Positions 9,185 to 19,621 of a stretch of DNA of 64,000 nucleotides are shown here, piece by piece. This DNA is from an uncultured Actinomycetes bacterium (GTDB lineage: Bacteria > Actinomycetota > Thermoleophilia > UBA2241). Where the stretch lies: contig CAVRZA010000004.1 of the NCBI GenBank assembly GCA_963725665.1, forward strand, positions 589,834 through 653,833, read 5' to 3'. The notes beneath the pieces were generated by a model that saw only the letters and a list, made by a program, of their open reading frames with translations, ran no database searches and was not told the origin of the DNA. Both the position numbers and the translations under genes were made by a program. The number at the start of each line of letters is the position of its first letter. The stretch's first letter is position 1.

Positions 9185-10343
9185 TCAGGCGCAGAAGATC
9201 TCGGCGAGGCGCACGTAGACGCGGGCGCTCGTCTCGACCGAGGCGAGGTCGACCCACTCGTCTGCCGTGTGTTCACGCCCACCCGTGGGGCCGAAGATGA
9301 CACAGGGCACGCCGCCCTCCACGAGGATGCCCGAGTCCATCCAGCCCAGGTCGCCGCGCACCGTCACGGGTCGGTCGAGCTCGGCGCGCGAGGCCGCGAT
9401 GAGGGCGGTGACCACAGGCTCGTCGGGGTCGAGGCGCACCGGGTCGCGGCCGACGACGGTGCGCGCCGAACCCTTGAACCGCGGGTCCGTCCGCGCGGCG
9501 GCTTCGAGGATCGACCCCAGCTCGGCCTCGGCGTCGCTCACCGTCTCTCCGGGAATCAGACAGCGCTCAACGCCCAGGGTACAGGTCGCGGGGTAGGCCG
9601 GGTAGGTGATGCCGCCGGCGATGGTCGAGGCGTGCACGTTGGGGCGTCCGTAGGCGGCCGGCGTCTTCTGCGCGAGGACCTTGTCGAGGCGGCGCACGCC
9701 GTCGAGCACGGGGCCGAGAAGGGCGATGGCGTCGACCCCGTGGGCGGCGTCGAGGCCGGCGGCCTCGACGCCGCGACTCTCGATCTCGAACCACGCGAAG
9801 CCGCCGTGCTCGGTGATGACGTCGAGGTCGCTCTGTTCGGCGAGCACGGCCGCGTGTGGCCGGTAGCGGTCGAGCAGCGCCGTGGCGCCGAGGCTCTCCC
9901 ACTCCTCGTCGATGATGCCGGCGATGAGAAGATCGCCGCGGAGCGGCTGGCCGCCCGCCGTTCCGCGGGCGGCCAGCCGCTCCGCGGCCGCGACCATCGC
10001 CGCGAGGCCGCTCTTCATGTCGATCGTGCCGCGTCCGTACATGCGCCCTTCTCGCACGACGGGCTCGGAAGAGCTCGGGGTCGGCGCCGACCACGTCGAG
10101 GTGGCCGACCAGCATCAGCGAGCGCCCGCCGCCCGATCCGGCGAGGCGGGCGACGATGTTCGGTCGTCCCGGAGCGGCGTCCCAGGTGTCGACGGTGAGA
10201 CCCGCCGTCGCGAGGCGCCCGGCGAGGAAGCGCGTGAGCACTCCCTCGCCGGGCGCTCCCGGCACCAGGCTCGGGTTCGTCGTGTCGATCGCGACGAGCT
10301 CCGCGAGCAGCGCGGTCAGCTCGGTGGCGGCGACATCGCTCAC
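9185..10343 (-). CDS. M20 (ArgE/DapE-like) deacylase/peptidase, 1-nt frameshift near 10066
   Basis: N-part 'LVAIDTTNP...GHLDVV', C-part 'GRGTIDMKSG', 'DEE', 'EHTADEWV'; GTG overlaps the LacI stop. Confidence 0.85.
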
Positions 10344-11440
10344 GAGGGCTCCTGTCCTTCTGCTGGCGTGTCGCCGCCGGGGTCTGAGCCTTCGCTCGCG
10401 GTGGCGGCGGCGGTGGCGGCGAGCGTAGACGCATCGCCGCGCTCGCCGCACGAGGCGCGCACGATGAGTTGGGTCGCAAGACGGATGCGGCGCGCTGCGC
10501 CGGCGTCGCCGGCGCAGCGCGCCAGCAGCCGCTCACCCGCCGTGCGCCCGAGCTCGTAGACGGGCTGCGCGACGACGGTCAGGGGCGGCGCGACGATCGT
10601 CGTCCAGTCAGTGTCGTCGAAGCCGATCAGGGCGACGTCGTCGGGCACGCGCAGGCACAGGTCGCGCAGGGCGCGGACGGTGCCGAGCGTCATGAAGTTG
10701 TTGGCCGTGAAGAGCGCCGTCGGCCGGTCAGGGCGCTCGAGCAGCAACCGGGCCGTCCGGTAGCCGTCGTGGGCTGAGGGGCCGCCCACGGAGACGAGGT
10801 GCGGGTCCACCGCGAGGCCGGCCTCGCGCAGGGCCTTGCGGTAGCCGCGCAGGCGCTCGGCCGTCGAGCCGATCTCGGGCGAGTCGCTGATCACGCCGAT
10901 GCGCCGGTGGCCGAGGGCGATCAGGTGACGCACGGCCGCCGCCGCGCCGCCGGCGTTGTCGGCCGTCACCGTGTCGACGCGCAGGCCGCGCAGCGGACGG
11001 TCGAGCACGACGAGCGGTGTGCCGTCGGCGGCGATGGGGGAGAGGTGAGCGAGGCTCTCCGGCGACGTCGGCGCCACCGCGAGACCGTCGACGCGCCGCG
11101 CCAGCAGTGCTTCGACCGCGCGTCGCTCCTCGTCGAGGTCTTCGTCGGAGTTGGCCAGAAGGAGTGTGTAGTCCTGCTCGCCGGCGGCGTCCGCCATGCC
11201 CCGCGCGACGAGGGAAAAGAAGGGATTCTCGATGTCGCCGACAACGAGGCCGAGCGTGCGCGTGGAGCCCGAGACGAGAGCACGCGCCACGGCATGGGGG
11301 CGGTAGCCGAGGCGCTGCGCGGCGGCGAGGACCCGGTTGCGCGCGCGCTCGCTGGCGTAGCCGTAGCCGGCGAGCGCGCGCGCTGCCGTCGCCTGCGAGA
11401 CGCCCGCTTCGCGAGCTACATCCTTGATCGTCGCACTCAT
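10340..11440 (-). CDS. LacI family transcriptional regulator
   Basis: 'TIKDVAREAGVSQATAARAL' HTH plus sugar-binding domain ending 'LIVRASC'. Confidence 0.95.
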   Translation of the reverse strand: MSATIKDVAREAGVSQATAARALAGYGYASERARNRVLAAAQRLGYRPHAVARALVSGSTRTLGLVVGDIENPFFSLVARGMADAAGEQDYTLLLANSDEDLDEERRAVEALLARRVDGLAVAPTSPESLAHLSPIAADGTPLVVLDRPLRGLRVDTVTADNAGGAAAAVRHLIALGHRRIGVISDSPEIGSTAERLRGYRKALREAGLAVDPHLVSVGGPSAHDGYRTARLLLERPDRPTALFTANNFMTLGTVRALRDLCLRVPDDVALIGFDDTDWTTIVAPPLTVVAQPVYELGRTAGERLLARCAGDAGAARRIRLATQLIVRASCGERGDASTLAATAAATASEGSDPGGDTPAEGQEPS

Positions 11441-11474
11441 GGCGCCCGGATGATACCATCTGGCGTTGAGGATG

Positions 11475-11488
11475 TGATAACGTTCTCA
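11475..11488. promoter_or_regulatory. Putative LacI operator TGATAACGTTCTCA
   Basis: Near-palindrome with central AACGTT in the 84-bp divergent gap between lacI and the SBP gene. Confidence 0.7.
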
Positions 11489-11524
11489 GTCGTCCCTCGC
11501 GGGGGCGGGGGAGAAAGGAGCACC

Positions 11525-13252
11525 ATGGACCGTTCGCCCAGCGCGAAGCCCACTGTCCAGCGCCTCTTCATTTCGGCCATCGCGCTGCTCGCCGTCGTTC
11601 TCGCAACGGCTCTTGTCGGCGCTTGCGGCAGCTCAGGCGGCGGAGCCGGTGGCGCGAGCCCCGGGGCGTCGGCCGCGCCCGTCAAGGGCGGCACGATGGT
11701 CGTCGCCTACCAGTCCGACCCGCAGGCCCTCGACCCGGCCGTCGACTGGGAAGGCAACGGCTGGTCGATCGAGCACTGCCTGTACAACACCTTCCTTACG
11801 TATGCGAGCGCCACCGGAACGGCCGGCACGAAGCTCGTGCCCGACATCGCCACGGAGGTGCCGACGGTCGAGAACGGCGGCATCAGCAACGGCGGCAAGA
11901 CCTACACCTTCCACATCCGGCCCGGCATCAAGTTCGCGCCGCCCGTGAACCGCGAGGTCACGGCTCAGGATTTCAAGTACTCCTTCGAGCGCATGATGGA
12001 CCCTACGACGAGGCCGAATCCGCCCGGCACGGGCTTCTACTTGAGCATCATCGGCGCCGAGGCATTCAACACAGGCAAGGCGAAGACGATCGCCGGCTTC
12101 AAGGCCGTCGACAAGTACACCGTCCAGATCGACCTCAAGAACCCCGATGCGACACTGCTGGCCGCACTCTCGATGCCCTTCACCGCGGTCGTCCCCAAGG
12201 AGTGGGTGCAGAAGTGGGGCAGGCAGTTCGTTCGCCATCCGCTCGGCACAGGCCCCTACATGATGGACCACTGGACCTCGGGGCAGGAGCTCGTGCTCGT
12301 GCGCAACCCGAACTGGCACTACTGGCGCGACGACGGCGGCGACAAGGCCTGGGTCGACGGTTTCACGTTCCGATTCTCCGTTACCCAGACGAGGGCGCTC
12401 CTGTTGCTCAAGAGAGGGCAAAACGACGTGCTGGGCAGCTACATCGCGTCGTCCGACTACGTCTCGGTGACCACCGACCCGGTATGGAAGAAGCAGGTCG
12501 CCGAGCAGCCGGCCATCGCTATCGACTACCTCTTCATGAACGTGCTGATGAAGCCGTTCGACAACCTGAAGGTGCGTCAGGCGGTGGCCTGGGCCGTCAA
12601 CCGCGAGAAGCTCCTCAAGCTGATCAGCGGCGCCGGCAGTCCCTTGAACCAGATCTTCCCTGCCGGCCTTCCCGGGCACGTCGACGGGTCGGCGGGCGAC
12701 TTCTACGGCTACGACCCCGCCAAAGCCAAGCAGCTCCTGGCTGAAGCGGGGTATCCCAACGGCTTCTCGACGATGCTCTACTCGCACAACGTCGACCCCT
12801 GGCCCAAGGTCATCCAGTCGATCCAGAACGACCTCGCGCAGGTCGGCATCAAGGCCGGCGTCAAGCTCCTTGCGATGGACACGTACTGGACGCTCATCGG
12901 CATCCCGAAGAAGGCGCCCATGGGGTTGCAGGATTGGTGGCAGGACTTCCCCGACCCGTCTGACTTCGTCCTGCCCCTCTTCAGCAAGAGCAACGCCATC
13001 GAAAACGGCGCCAACCCGAGCTACTGGTGGGATCCGACGGTCGAGGCGCAGTTGACGCAGAGCTTCGCCATGACCGACACGGCGCAGCGCCTGACTCTCT
13101 TCCAGACGATGCAGAAGGAGGTCATGGACCAGGCCCCGGCCGTTCCCCTCTTCCAGCCCAACGTGAACTCCGTGTTCTCCAAGCGCATGCGCGGCTGGTA
13201 CCTGCCGCCGATCTGGATCTTCGACTTCCTCGACTACTGGATCCAGCCGTGA
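11525..13252 (+). CDS. Family-5 ABC substrate-binding lipoprotein
   Basis: AAGGAG RBS, lipobox 'LVGAC', 'KTYTFHIRPGIKF', 'PLGTGPY', 'VRQAVAWAVNR'. Confidence 0.92.
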   Translation: MDRSPSAKPTVQRLFISAIALLAVVLATALVGACGSSGGGAGGASPGASAAPVKGGTMVVAYQSDPQALDPAVDWEGNGWSIEHCLYNTFLTYASATGTAGTKLVPDIATEVPTVENGGISNGGKTYTFHIRPGIKFAPPVNREVTAQDFKYSFERMMDPTTRPNPPGTGFYLSIIGAEAFNTGKAKTIAGFKAVDKYTVQIDLKNPDATLLAALSMPFTAVVPKEWVQKWGRQFVRHPLGTGPYMMDHWTSGQELVLVRNPNWHYWRDDGGDKAWVDGFTFRFSVTQTRALLLLKRGQNDVLGSYIASSDYVSVTTDPVWKKQVAEQPAIAIDYLFMNVLMKPFDNLKVRQAVAWAVNREKLLKLISGAGSPLNQIFPAGLPGHVDGSAGDFYGYDPAKAKQLLAEAGYPNGFSTMLYSHNVDPWPKVIQSIQNDLAQVGIKAGVKLLAMDTYWTLIGIPKKAPMGLQDWWQDFPDPSDFVLPLFSKSNAIENGANPSYWWDPTVEAQLTQSFAMTDTAQRLTLFQTMQKEVMDQAPAVPLFQPNVNSVFSKRMRGWYLPPIWIFDFLDYWIQP

Positions 13253-13254
13253 GT

Positions 13255-13308
13255 CCGAGTCCGGCTACGAGCCCGAGTCCGACCAGGGGCCCGAGTCTGG
13301 CAACGAGC
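13255..13308 (+). repeat. Three imperfect 18-bp tandem repeats
   Basis: ccgagtccggctacgagc / ccgagtccgaccaggggc / ccgagtctggcaacgagc. Confidence 0.6.
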
Positions 13309-13334
13309 CTGGACGCAGCCGCGAGGAGGGACAC

Positions 13335-14414
13335 GTGACTCGACCTTCCCTCGACGAGCTCGTCGCCAAAGCCGAGCACTCGGAGCTCTTCACCGCGCCA
13401 CGTCTCGAAGCCGACGTGGCGCGCTTCCTGGGCGAGCACGGCGAAAGGGTGAGCGCGCTGGCGCGCGAGGCGCGCCAGCGCGCCTACGAGAGCGTGTACT
13501 TCGTCGGTAGCGGCGGCTCCTGGTCGGCGATGTACTCGGGCAAGTACCTGGCCGACCGCTTCATCACGCTGCCGTCTGAGCTCGTCTATTCCTACGAGCT
13601 CTGCTGGCGCGCGCCGCGACGCTTGGGGCCGAAAGCTCTGGTCTTCCTCGCCTCCTACTCCGGCAAGACCGAGGACACGCTCGCAGCTCTCGACTGCGCC
13701 AGGCGCGTCGGCGCGCACACGGTGGCGCTGGTCAAGAGCGCCGACACGCCGCTCGCCCAAGGGGCCGACGAGGTCGTCGCTTACGGCTCGTCGGCCCTCT
13801 ACACGTTGCCGGCGCTCGCGGCTTCGCTCTTCGTCATCGAGTTCGCGCACGCCGGCGACCTCGACGCGCCGACCGCGCGCGCGATCGACGAGCTGCGTGC
13901 CGGTGTCGAGGCGCTGCCGGCGATCATCGGACGCGCCTACCGCGATGAGAAGGCGCGCTGCGAAGAGCTTGCGCGCGCCTTCCTGCCCTCGGACCTGCTC
14001 TACTGCGTCGGCGCCGGGCCGAACTACGGCCTCGCCTACAAGTTCGCCCTCACCGTCTTCATGGAGAACATCCGCACGCACGGCTCGGTGGTCGAGAGCG
14101 CCGAGTTCCGCCACGGTCCCGCCGAGATGCTCGAGCGGCAACGTGCCGACATGGTCTTTCTGCTGGGCAGCGACGAGTCGCGGGCGATGACCGAGCGCTC
14201 GCTCGCCTTCGCTGGCGAACGCGGCGCGCGCACGATCGTGTTCGACGCCGCCGGCTACGAAGGCCTGCACCCGCTGCTCGCGCCCTACGTGCTCAAGGTC
14301 CCGCTGCAGTGGTTCGTCGTCTACTCGGCACTGCTGCGCGGTATCCTCGACCTCGACGAACGGGTGTACATGGGCCATCGTGTGCTCTCCGACGGGCAGG
14401 CTGGGTGGCCGTGA
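13335..14414 (+). CDS. frlB: SIS-domain fructosamine-6-phosphate deglycase (FrlB-like)
   Basis: 'FVGSGGS', 'SYSGKTEDT', 'SAEFRHGPAE', C-terminal 'LDERVYMG'; adjacent to a FrlD-like kinase. Confidence 0.8.
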   Translation: MTRPSLDELVAKAEHSELFTAPRLEADVARFLGEHGERVSALAREARQRAYESVYFVGSGGSWSAMYSGKYLADRFITLPSELVYSYELCWRAPRRLGPKALVFLASYSGKTEDTLAALDCARRVGAHTVALVKSADTPLAQGADEVVAYGSSALYTLPALAASLFVIEFAHAGDLDAPTARAIDELRAGVEALPAIIGRAYRDEKARCEELARAFLPSDLLYCVGAGPNYGLAYKFALTVFMENIRTHGSVVESAEFRHGPAEMLERQRADMVFLLGSDESRAMTERSLAFAGERGARTIVFDAAGYEGLHPLLAPYVLKVPLQWFVVYSALLRGILDLDERVYMGHRVLSDGQAGWP

Positions 14415-15289
14415 ACCTCGCTCGGGCTGCAGGAACAGCGGCGGATGCCGTCCGCACCCGCGGCGAGAGCGGTCTCAAGGTTGCCAGCGTGGGCGACAAC
14501 TGCGTCGACCGCTACGTTGGCGCCGTCACCGGCAGGTACGCCGGCGGCAACGCCCTCAACGTGGCCGTGCGCCTGGCGCTGGCCGGCTACTCGAGCGCCT
14601 ATCTCGGGGCCGTCGGCGACGATGAGGACGGGCGCTTCATCCTGGCGGCGCTGGGTGAGGCCGGCGTCGACGGGAGCCACGTGGAGGTGCGCAGTGGACC
14701 GAGCGGCGTGACGGTGGTCCGGGTCGAGCTCGGCGAGCGCACGTTCGTCTCCGAGGAGTACGGGGTGGCCGGCAGCTACTGCTTCGTGCCCGCCAGCCTG
14801 GGGTTCCTCGAGGACCGGGCGTGGGTGCACGCCGCCCGCCTCTCGGGCGCGTCGCGAGCCCTGGCGCTGCTGGCCGACCGCGGCGTGCCGCTCTCCTACG
14901 ATTTCACCGACCACTGGGACCAGGCCGCGGCGATAGAGCTCTGCCCTCGGCTCCAGGCGGCGTTCTTCTCCGGCTCGGCTCTCGGCGAGGACGGCGCGCG
15001 CCGGCTCGCGGAGCAAGCCGTCGCACGCGGGGCGCGCGCTGGCGTCGTGACGCGGGGCGCGCACGGTGTGGTGGCCTGCGTCGGCGAACGTCTCGTGATG
15101 CGCCCCGCTGAAGCGGTCACCGTGGTTGACACCCTGGGCGCCGGCGACGCCTTCATCGCCGGCTACGTGCGCGCCACGCTCCAGGGAGCGGACGTCGATG
15201 AGGCTCTCGGCAGCGGAGCGCGGGAGGCGGCTGAGAGCTGTTCTCACGTGGGCGCCTGGCGGCTGCCCGAGGAGGTCGCGGATCCATGA
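14411..15289 (+). CDS. frlD: PfkB family fructosamine kinase (FrlD-like)
   Basis: 'VGDNCVDRY...GGNALNVAV' and 'VDTLGAGDAFIAG'. Confidence 0.8.
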   Translation: MNLARAAGTAADAVRTRGESGLKVASVGDNCVDRYVGAVTGRYAGGNALNVAVRLALAGYSSAYLGAVGDDEDGRFILAALGEAGVDGSHVEVRSGPSGVTVVRVELGERTFVSEEYGVAGSYCFVPASLGFLEDRAWVHAARLSGASRALALLADRGVPLSYDFTDHWDQAAAIELCPRLQAAFFSGSALGEDGARRLAEQAVARGARAGVVTRGAHGVVACVGERLVMRPAEAVTVVDTLGAGDAFIAGYVRATLQGADVDEALGSGAREAAESCSHVGAWRLPEEVADP

Positions 15290-16713
15290 ACGAGACGGGG
15301 AAGGACGGCCCAACCGGGGAGGCCCGGCGTCAGGACGCAAGCGGCTCGCCGACGCCGGGGCTGACGCGTGGGCAGGAGCTCTTCGCTGACGCCGCGCGGC
15401 ACCTTGTGGGGGGCGTCGGCTCGGGCACACGCTCGCCGCGCTCCGGCTGGCAGCCGTACCCGATCTTCGTCGAGTCGGCGCGCGGCGCCCACGTGATCGA
15501 CGTAGACGGCAACGAGTACATCGACTACGCCATGGGGCTTGGGCCGCTGATCCTCGGTCACCGGCCGCGGGCCGTCATCGAGGCGGTCACGCGCGTGATC
15601 AACGAACGCGGCTCCATGTTTGCTCTCGCCCACGACCTCGAGGGCCGCGCGGCGGCCGTCGTCGCTGAGCGCGTGCCTTCGATGGAGCTCGTGCGCTTCG
15701 GCAACTCCGGCACCGAGTGCTGCCACTACGCCATCCGCTTCGCGCGCGCCTTCACCGGACGCCAGCTCGTGGTGCGCTTCGAGGGTCACTACCACGGCTG
15801 GTCCGACGTCATCCATTGGTCGGCCCACCCCGCCCTCGCGAAGGCCGGGCCGGAGGCGGCGCCGGCCGTCGTGCCGGAGACGACGGGCATGACGGCCGGC
15901 GCCGCCTCCGGCCTGCTCGTCCTCGGCTGGAACGACCCCGAAGCACTTGAGCAAGTCTTCGCGGAGCGCGGCGACGAGATCGCCGCCGTGATCACCGAAC
16001 CCATCGACGGCAACAGCGGCGCCATCATGCCCGAACCCAGCTACCTCGAGACGATGCGTCGGCTCACCGAGCGACATGGCGCCCTGCTCATCTTCGATGA
16101 GGTGCTGACCGGCCTTCGTGTGCACCCCGCCGGCGCGCAGGGCCTCTTCGGGATGAGCCCCGACCTCACCGTGCTGGCGAAGGCGCTCGGCGGCGGCTTC
16201 CCCGTGGCCGCCTTCGGCGGTCGCCGCGACGTGATGGAGATGGCGGCCGACGGGCGCACGATGCACGGCGGTACCTACAACTCGAGCCCGCTGGTCTGTG
16301 CCGCCGTGCTTGCCACGATGGCCGAGACGGGCAAGGCGGGCTTCTACGAGCGCCTCGGTGAGCTCGGCTCGCGTCTGCGCAACGGTCTGCTTGCCGCCGC
16401 CCACGATGCTGGCCTCGGGGCCTGCTGGAGCGGCCCGCCGCAGATGGGGCAGCTGTGGTTCGCGACGCGTCCGCCGCGTACCTACCGCGAGGCGATGAAG
16501 GTCGCCGCGGTGAGCCCCTACTTCACGCTCTACCGTGAGCTGCGCGAGCGCGGCGTCATCATCCAGCCGCCGCAGGAGGGCCTGCTCTTCGTGTCGGGTG
16601 GTCACACCGACGCCGACATCGAGCGCACGGTCGAGATCGCCTGGGAGGTGATGCCGCTCGTGGCGCGGGCCGCGGCCGAAGGTCGGGTCGGCCCGCGCGG
16701 CGGCGTGCGCTGA
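15286..16713 (+). CDS. Class III aminotransferase, glutamate-1-semialdehyde aminomutase-like paralog
   Basis: 'DVDGNEYIDY', 'NSGTE', 'FEGHYHGW', 'LIFDEVLTG', PLP lysine in 'LAKALGGG'. Confidence 0.88.
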   Translation: MNETGKDGPTGEARRQDASGSPTPGLTRGQELFADAARHLVGGVGSGTRSPRSGWQPYPIFVESARGAHVIDVDGNEYIDYAMGLGPLILGHRPRAVIEAVTRVINERGSMFALAHDLEGRAAAVVAERVPSMELVRFGNSGTECCHYAIRFARAFTGRQLVVRFEGHYHGWSDVIHWSAHPALAKAGPEAAPAVVPETTGMTAGAASGLLVLGWNDPEALEQVFAERGDEIAAVITEPIDGNSGAIMPEPSYLETMRRLTERHGALLIFDEVLTGLRVHPAGAQGLFGMSPDLTVLAKALGGGFPVAAFGGRRDVMEMAADGRTMHGGTYNSSPLVCAAVLATMAETGKAGFYERLGELGSRLRNGLLAAAHDAGLGACWSGPPQMGQLWFATRPPRTYREAMKVAAVSPYFTLYRELRERGVIIQPPQEGLLFVSGGHTDADIERTVEIAWEVMPLVARAAAEGRVGPRGGVR

Positions 16714-16776
16714 TCCCGGTCGACCCTGGCGCCGTGCACAGTCTTGACAGCGCCGATTTGCTGCGGAAGAGCGGCA

Positions 16777-17424
16777 ATGCGCTACTCTGGTGACGTGAGC
16801 ACGATCAGCACAGAGGTGAGAGCGCCCGTCGCGGTCGGCACGCTTGAGGGGGCGTCGGCTCGGATCGTGGCCCTCCCGTTCGGTCGCTTCAAGTTGCGCG
16901 TGCGCGATGGCCTGCTCGCGGCCAGCGTGGGAGAGGCGTGGGTCAGGGTCGAGGGCGCCGTCGTCCGGCTGAGCGCGAGACGTCCGCCCCGCTGGTCGAC
17001 CGTGGTCGGCTTGTTCGTTCCGCTCGGCTTCGCCGCCGCCGCCGTGTTGCTCTTGCTCGGCACGCCCCGGCTGGCACTCCTCGCGAGCGGCGTCACGCTG
17101 GCCTCCATGGCCGTCGTTGAGACTCTGCAAAGGTCTCTGGCCATGCGCGAAGAGGCGGCGGTGTACGCCGCCGACACCTACGTGGTCGACGTCAGGCGTC
17201 CACTGGGGCTCGACAGGATCGCGTGGCTGCTCGGTACGGTGGAGTGGCTGCTTCCTCGCCCGCTGGCCGACCTCATCGGTCGCCGTGTGGTCGTGGTCGA
17301 GGCGTCCTTCGGCCCCGACCGCCTTTCGATCCAGCGGCGCGCCTTCGTGGCACGAAGGGTAGTCACCGCAGAGGAGCTGGTGCGGTCCCTGAGGGCGGCG
17401 CGCCTCCCTCGCCTCAGGACCTAG
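16777..17424 (+). CDS. Hypothetical membrane protein
   Basis: ORF with two central hydrophobic helices; no family recognised; start uncertain. Confidence 0.5.
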   Translation: MRYSGDVSTISTEVRAPVAVGTLEGASARIVALPFGRFKLRVRDGLLAASVGEAWVRVEGAVVRLSARRPPRWSTVVGLFVPLGFAAAAVLLLLGTPRLALLASGVTLASMAVVETLQRSLAMREEAAVYAADTYVVDVRRPLGLDRIAWLLGTVEWLLPRPLADLIGRRVVVVEASFGPDRLSIQRRAFVARRVVTAEELVRSLRAARLPRLRT

Positions 17425-17425
17425 G

Positions 17426-19483
17426 TCACGCGCGGGCCGGCGCCGGGACGCGCGGCGCCACGAAGAGGACCGCCACGTCGTCGGCGAGCGGCGCGCCGTT
17501 GGCCACTCTCACCTCGTCGACAAGCCGCACGAGGCCGGCGTGGTCGATGTCGTCGGCGGAGCCGTTCTTCTCCAGGAGTCCGACAAGGCGCCGCAAGCCC
17601 AGCCTCTCGCTCGAGCCGGCCTGGGCGCGACCCTCCACGAGGCCGTCCGTGTAGAAGAGCAGCGCCCAGTCGTCGGGAAGCTTGACCTCGGCCGGGCGCC
17701 AGCGTTCTCCCGGGAACATGCCGAGAGCCGGGCCATAGGGGATGTCGATCTCACGGACGCCGTCGTCGAGGAGCAGCGGCCTATGGTGGCCGCCCAGCAC
17801 GACTCTCAAGCGTGAGCCACGGGAGTCAAGCCAGGCGCAGCAGACGGTGGCGAACTCGGCGTCGTCGGGGCGGTCGCGCTCTAACACCTGTTCGAGGCCC
17901 GCCATCACCTCGGCCGGCTCGAGGCCGGCCATCGCCATGGCGCGCCACGACGCGCGCAGCGTCGCGCCTAGTGCCGCCGAGTCGGGCCCGTGACCCGAGA
18001 CGTCTCCGATGACGAGGGCCAGCTCGCCGCTCGGCGTCTCGACGGCGCCCAGGAAGTCACCGCCGATGCGCATCTTCTCCTCGCCGGCGACGTAGTGGTA
18101 GTCGACACGCAGCTGCGGCGTGCCGAGGTGGGGGCGCGGGAGGAGGCTCTGCTCGAGGCGTTTGAGGAGGCGCGCCGTCTCTTCCTCGGCGGCCAGGCGC
18201 TGCCGTTGCTGCTGCAGGCTCCTGGCTCGCTCGACCGCGATGGCCAACTCGTCGGCGAGGCGGCGCGCCACGACGAGGAGCTCGTCGGTGGGATAATCGA
18301 CGTGCTCGTGCCAGGCGAGGAAGAGCAGCGCTCCCACGACGTCGCCGTACGAGATGGGCAGGCCGAGGAGCGAACGGTAGCCCTCTCCCTTGAAGTAGGC
18401 CTCCAGGCGCGCGTGCGATCCGCCCGAGAAGTGCTCCTGCACGTCGTAGATGAAGACGGGTTCGCGCGCGTCGATCAGCCGGCGCAGGTCGGCGATCTGC
18501 TCCAGCCTCCACATGCCGACGGGTGGCGGGCCGGGGATGCGCGCGACGATGTCGATCTCGTCCCCCTGGATGCTCCAGAAAGAGGCTGTCTCGCAGCCGA
18601 ATAGCTCGGTGGCGATACGGCAGGCCGTGTCGGCGACCTCGCGCGGCGTCTGGCCGACGTGCAGCTCCTGCGTGAGAGCGAGGAGCCGCTCGAGGGCGTG
18701 CCGCGCTTGCAGTGACGACGTCACGTCGATCATGGTGACGAAGAGCGTCGGCTCGGGCGCCTCCTTGCGGCAGCGCGCCGAGACCGAGTAGGTTCGTCCC
18801 ACCGCGGGCACGAAGACCTCGCTCACCTGCATCGAGGACTGGTAGCCGACGACACAAGCCTGCAGCTCTCCCGCGACTGGCGGTGGTAGTCCGGGAATGA
18901 GCTCGGCGAGCGGTCGGTCGACCCAGTCCTCGTGCGCGAAGAGGGAGCGGAGCCGCGCATTGGCGTTGCGGCAGCGCAGGTCGGGCCCGGTGAAGAGGCC
19001 CACCGCCGCCGTGGCCGCCTCCAGCGTGCCGCGTATCCGCTCGTCGCGTGTTTCGACCTCCTTGAAGAGGTGGTCGAGTCGCGAACGCAGATGGTCTGCC
19101 ACGAAGCCGGCGACGAGGGCGACGACCATCCAGATCACCGCGGTCGCGTACGTCGACTCTCCGTGGAAATGATGCGCGGGATCGGCGACGAAGAGGATGA
19201 AGAAGGCGCCGGCGACGCCGGCGACGATAACGCCCGGCAGCGGTCCGGCGGCGATGGCGACGGCGATCGCGACTCCCGTCGCCAGGGCGCCCGGCATGCC
19301 GTAGTAAGGAATCGGGTTGACGAGCGCGAAGGGGATAAGCACGGCGATGACTGCCACCACCCCGATGATCGTGGTCAGCCGGGGACGCACGGTGAAGTAG
19401 CCCACCCAGCTCAGGGCCTTGAGAAGCGCAGTGTCATCGAGAGGCGGCGGCCCGGGCGGGTCTCGACGCTGGTCGCGAGCCAT
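17426..19483 (-). CDS. Membrane GAF-containing PP2C (SpoIIE/RsbU-like) phosphatase
   Basis: N-terminal TMs, GAF region, PP2C motifs 'IGGDF', 'IGDVSGHG', 'YTDGLVE', 'ADDVAVL'. Confidence 0.88.
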   Translation of the reverse strand: MARDQRRDPPGPPPLDDTALLKALSWVGYFTVRPRLTTIIGVVAVIAVLIPFALVNPIPYYGMPGALATGVAIAVAIAAGPLPGVIVAGVAGAFFILFVADPAHHFHGESTYATAVIWMVVALVAGFVADHLRSRLDHLFKEVETRDERIRGTLEAATAAVGLFTGPDLRCRNANARLRSLFAHEDWVDRPLAELIPGLPPPVAGELQACVVGYQSSMQVSEVFVPAVGRTYSVSARCRKEAPEPTLFVTMIDVTSSLQARHALERLLALTQELHVGQTPREVADTACRIATELFGCETASFWSIQGDEIDIVARIPGPPPVGMWRLEQIADLRRLIDAREPVFIYDVQEHFSGGSHARLEAYFKGEGYRSLLGLPISYGDVVGALLFLAWHEHVDYPTDELLVVARRLADELAIAVERARSLQQQRQRLAAEEETARLLKRLEQSLLPRPHLGTPQLRVDYHYVAGEEKMRIGGDFLGAVETPSGELALVIGDVSGHGPDSAALGATLRASWRAMAMAGLEPAEVMAGLEQVLERDRPDDAEFATVCCAWLDSRGSRLRVVLGGHHRPLLLDDGVREIDIPYGPALGMFPGERWRPAEVKLPDDWALLFYTDGLVEGRAQAGSSERLGLRRLVGLLEKNGSADDIDHAGLVRLVDEVRVANGAPLADDVAVLFVAPRVPAPARA

Positions 19484-19621
19484 GCCGACATAGTACCCCC
19501 AGCGCTCAGGCAAAACTAGGACAAGAATGGTCGGCTTTTCAAACGGTGGGGATGAGCGACGTAGACGAGGCGTTCGGCCAGTGTCCGAGACCAAGGACGC
19601 TCAGCCGGAAGGGACGGGGCG

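Noticed and set aside
13255-13308. CRISPR array interpretation of the short repeats here and at 46680-46746
   Set aside because: No spacers of suitable length, too few degenerate copies and no cas genes
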